DNA from: Nemertoderma westbladi
Taxonomy: Eukaryota > Animalia > Xenacoelomorpha
Length of the DNA stretch: 64,000 nt
Direction: 5' to 3'
Assembly (NCBI GenBank): GCA_032718475.1
Contig: JAUCBJ010001006.1
Span: forward strand, 1-64,000
A model generated the notes under the pieces. That model did no database searches and was not told the DNA's origin. It was given only the letters and a program-made list of their open reading frames with translations. Made by a program: the position numbers and the translations under genes. Shown here piece by piece: positions 61,177 through 64,000 of this stretch. Within the stretch, counting starts at the first letter, position 1. Each line of letters starts with the position of its first letter.

Positions 61177-64000
61177 AGAAGAGTGTCTAAGGTTAATTTT
61201 ACTCTCGTCACAGGGATCACTCTCTTACCATGCATGCTGCTTACAGTATACTGATCAGTCTTACCTTTACTCATGTCTGTAACTACGCCGGCTACTTGTT
61301 CGTTGACGTAACTATGCAATGATGCAGAGTCTAAGATAGCATATATATGCTTGCTCCCTTGGGTTCCGGTAATCTTTATAGGAATCACGCTAAACCCGTT
61401 TAATTGGTTCTGTGTGAGGAGTGTTATCGATGGTTGTTCCTCACCCGCATGCACGTAAAAGGTGTCGTCTTCCTCCTCGTCCTCGCCCGATGATCCTGAC
61501 TGATCCATATAATCTGTATAGAATGTGCAAATCTGGTACGGCGCATGCTCTTTGTAAAGTGCGTTGCATCTAGCCGCTTTATCTGGATTCTCTCGTCAAA
61601 AGTGTTTGGTTGGAGTATGACTGTTTGTGTGGAGTAACGCATCGTGGTTACGTCCACATAGAGGACATGTATCGTCGCTCGGGCAATCCTTCCGGACGTG
61701 TCCAGGCTTGGTACATCTCCAACAACAATCCAAAGAACGAATCTGGAGTCTCCTCTCTTCAACTCCCAACTCTCTAAAAGCGTGACATCCACGAAGTTTA
61801 TGTCCGCTGTGGTTTCTGCCGTTCCGCTCGCAATATGAGCATCCCACAAAGTCCGCCAGTAACTGTTGTCGTGGCTGCTTGGTGGCGATAGGTGTCAGAA
61901 CTTTAGAAGTTTCCGTTGGGGTGGCATAAGTCACGGCTTTCGCGTTCATCGGAAATGGTTTGGTCCGAGTCGGCGCAGCAATAGCTATTCCTTCTGCCGC
62001 TATATGGTGGTCAGTGTAGTTTGATCGAGTCTCCACTACGGCCTCCCGCGAATTCAGTTGGTAGACGTCGGTGAGTTTTAGTAGCCCGCCGGCCTCTTTA
62101 CGCTGATAATCAATACGTCGCCATTCTCATCGTAATCGATGATGGAGTCAAACGATTATCCTAATTAGAACTGTCAGTGCGTTGGCGTATTCGAGTTGTC
62201 CAATGGACCGTAAAGTCCCTATAGCGTTCTTTATTTCACCCATGAGTCGTAGAAGATTGATCGGTTTCAAAATGTTTCCTCCTCTACAGAGGTCTTCGAT
62301 AATAGATTTAGCCATGGTTACGTTGCAGCGGTAAATCGAATACAAGTGGTTGTACGCCAACTCAAAGGCATCTGGAACATCGATAAAGGTTTCCACTAAT
62401 CGTTTCGGCTCACCAGACAGTACCTGGAGCAAGTAGTTAAACTTCTCCATCGAAGTAAAGGCACACTTAGCGATCTGGGACTCTACGTAGTCTACCAACA
62501 TACGCCAGTGCTTTGCGTTGCCAGAGAACTTTGGCAGTTGTTGTGCCGGTAATCCGTGTCTAGCCCAAACTTTGCAATCTCGCTAACCAAATCCAACTGT
62601 CCACGTCCCTGTTCGGTTGCGTCGTCCAGTCGTTTCTTTCCTCGCATTGTTCGTCGGTAAGAAATATTAATGGGATCTTCTTCTCGATGGTTCGGAGTCT
62701 GTCTAGTCTCCTGTTCTCTCCTTGGTGGTTGATGTTGTCTAGGTTGTTCCAACTCCACGCTGGTTCGTGATTGATCCGACGGTTGCGCTTCGAGTCACTC
62801 TTCGAATTGAGCTAGTCGGTCCGCCATCTCAGTGAACTGTTTGGTGCTAATTGCTTCTGCTGGTTGCAACGTAGGTTTCTGCAAGGGTGTTTCTCGTGGA
62901 GGATTGTCGATGTATTGGTTGGTCGATCTCTCATCCTGTTTGTACTCCGCTGCCGCCGCTCCAGTATGGAATATTCCCCGTTTCATGGACTCCGTATAGC
63001 TGGATGAATCGCTATTGTTGGAATACGGTGGTTTGCGGGTTCGCGTACGGCGTATTACTCTTGGTTGCGTTTGTTGTGGTCTGGGATCTACGGCTCTCCG
63101 TTGTTAGGTAGGCTCGCAAGCCTTCCATGAAGTCGTAGGTCTCGATAAACATTGGGTGAGGGGTCTAGTAAAAACATCAGAGTTAAGTGCTACTGTAGGT
63201 TTATAAATGATTGGGTTTGCGCAGCACGTCACAGGTTTAACTTGTAATGGTTTACTCACCTGTTTTACCATCATAAACGCAGGTTTGTCTCTCTCTACAA
63301 GTAAACTACGGCTTACAGTAGGTGGACTACTTATCTTACCTGGAAGAATCGGCGATGAAGTTGCTCGTGGCTGCGGAATTGATTTCGACATAACAAACCT
63401 ATTACTTGCACGGGTGATATTTCCTTCTATTTTGCAACTATGACCTATGAACTATGTCCAGCTCGAGACCTTATAGATCTATCTCTCGCATCGAGTTTGA
63501 GGTCCTCTTGCGCGTTTGCCGCCTCCCACGATCTGCGATTCAGTTCAAACTGGAACTGCATCTCTCTCTCGCGTCAGTCTGCCTACTGTTGTTGTGCCGC
63601 TAATTCTGCTTCCTGAATGGCTAAACGTGATTTTATTTGCCATGCCTCCAACTGAGCACGAGTGTCAGATGCCGCTTTCTTCCGCGCTAACTCATCAGCT
63701 GCTGCCTGTCGTGCTGCTGCCGCTGTGGCCGCTTCTTGCGCCAAGTCCTCCTCCAGTCTCCGCATTTCCGAGGCTTCAAATTTGGCTTGAACCTGGACTT
63801 TCACAATTCTCGCTTCATCTTCTCTGCGTTGTTTCTCTCCCTCGATAGCAATCTGTGCCATCTGAAGTTGCGCTTCTTCCTCAACGACTTGTTGTCGGTG
63901 TGCGACCTCCTGTTGTTGTTGAGTAATTACAGACGCTGTCCTACTAACATTGCCAACGTCGCTCCGTACACTAACGAATGATCTATCCAGTTATGAAATT
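61177..64000 (-). pseudogene. Element C gag and protease (continues beyond the window)
   Basis: Coiled-coil, capsid-like (EKFNYL..LSGE), three BEL knuckles in 61596..62036, protease ILDSAS. Confidence 0.85.

Overview
This is eukaryotic (probably invertebrate) DNA made almost entirely of nested retrotransposons, with no host gene recognisable. It holds several BEL/Pao LTR elements (labelled A, B, C, C', D, F), the 5' half of a Ty3/Gypsy Mag-like element (E) and six LINEs (2 RTE, 1 CR1/L2-like, 2 RTEX-like, 1 CRE-like). Many boundaries are supported by target-site duplications (TSDs). Four observations stand out. (1) BEL elements A and B have no tRNA primer-binding site (PBS). Instead, the 9 nt next to the 5' LTR are perfectly complementary to a 9-mer inside their own LTR, with 4 compensatory changes between A and B, which suggests Tf1-like self-priming. 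(2) Element B carries an extra gene after pol, with its own TATA box and polyA signal, encoding a DEDDy 3'-5' exonuclease plus CCHC knuckles. (3) A tandem array of tRNA-head plus hammerhead-ribozyme units (a retrozyme) with a Penelope-like insertion structure. (4) A 20-nt UNCG-type hairpin occurs 8 times in family C sequences, which also carry an unknown Cys-rich accessory ORF. All coordinates were read by eye and may be off by a few bases.
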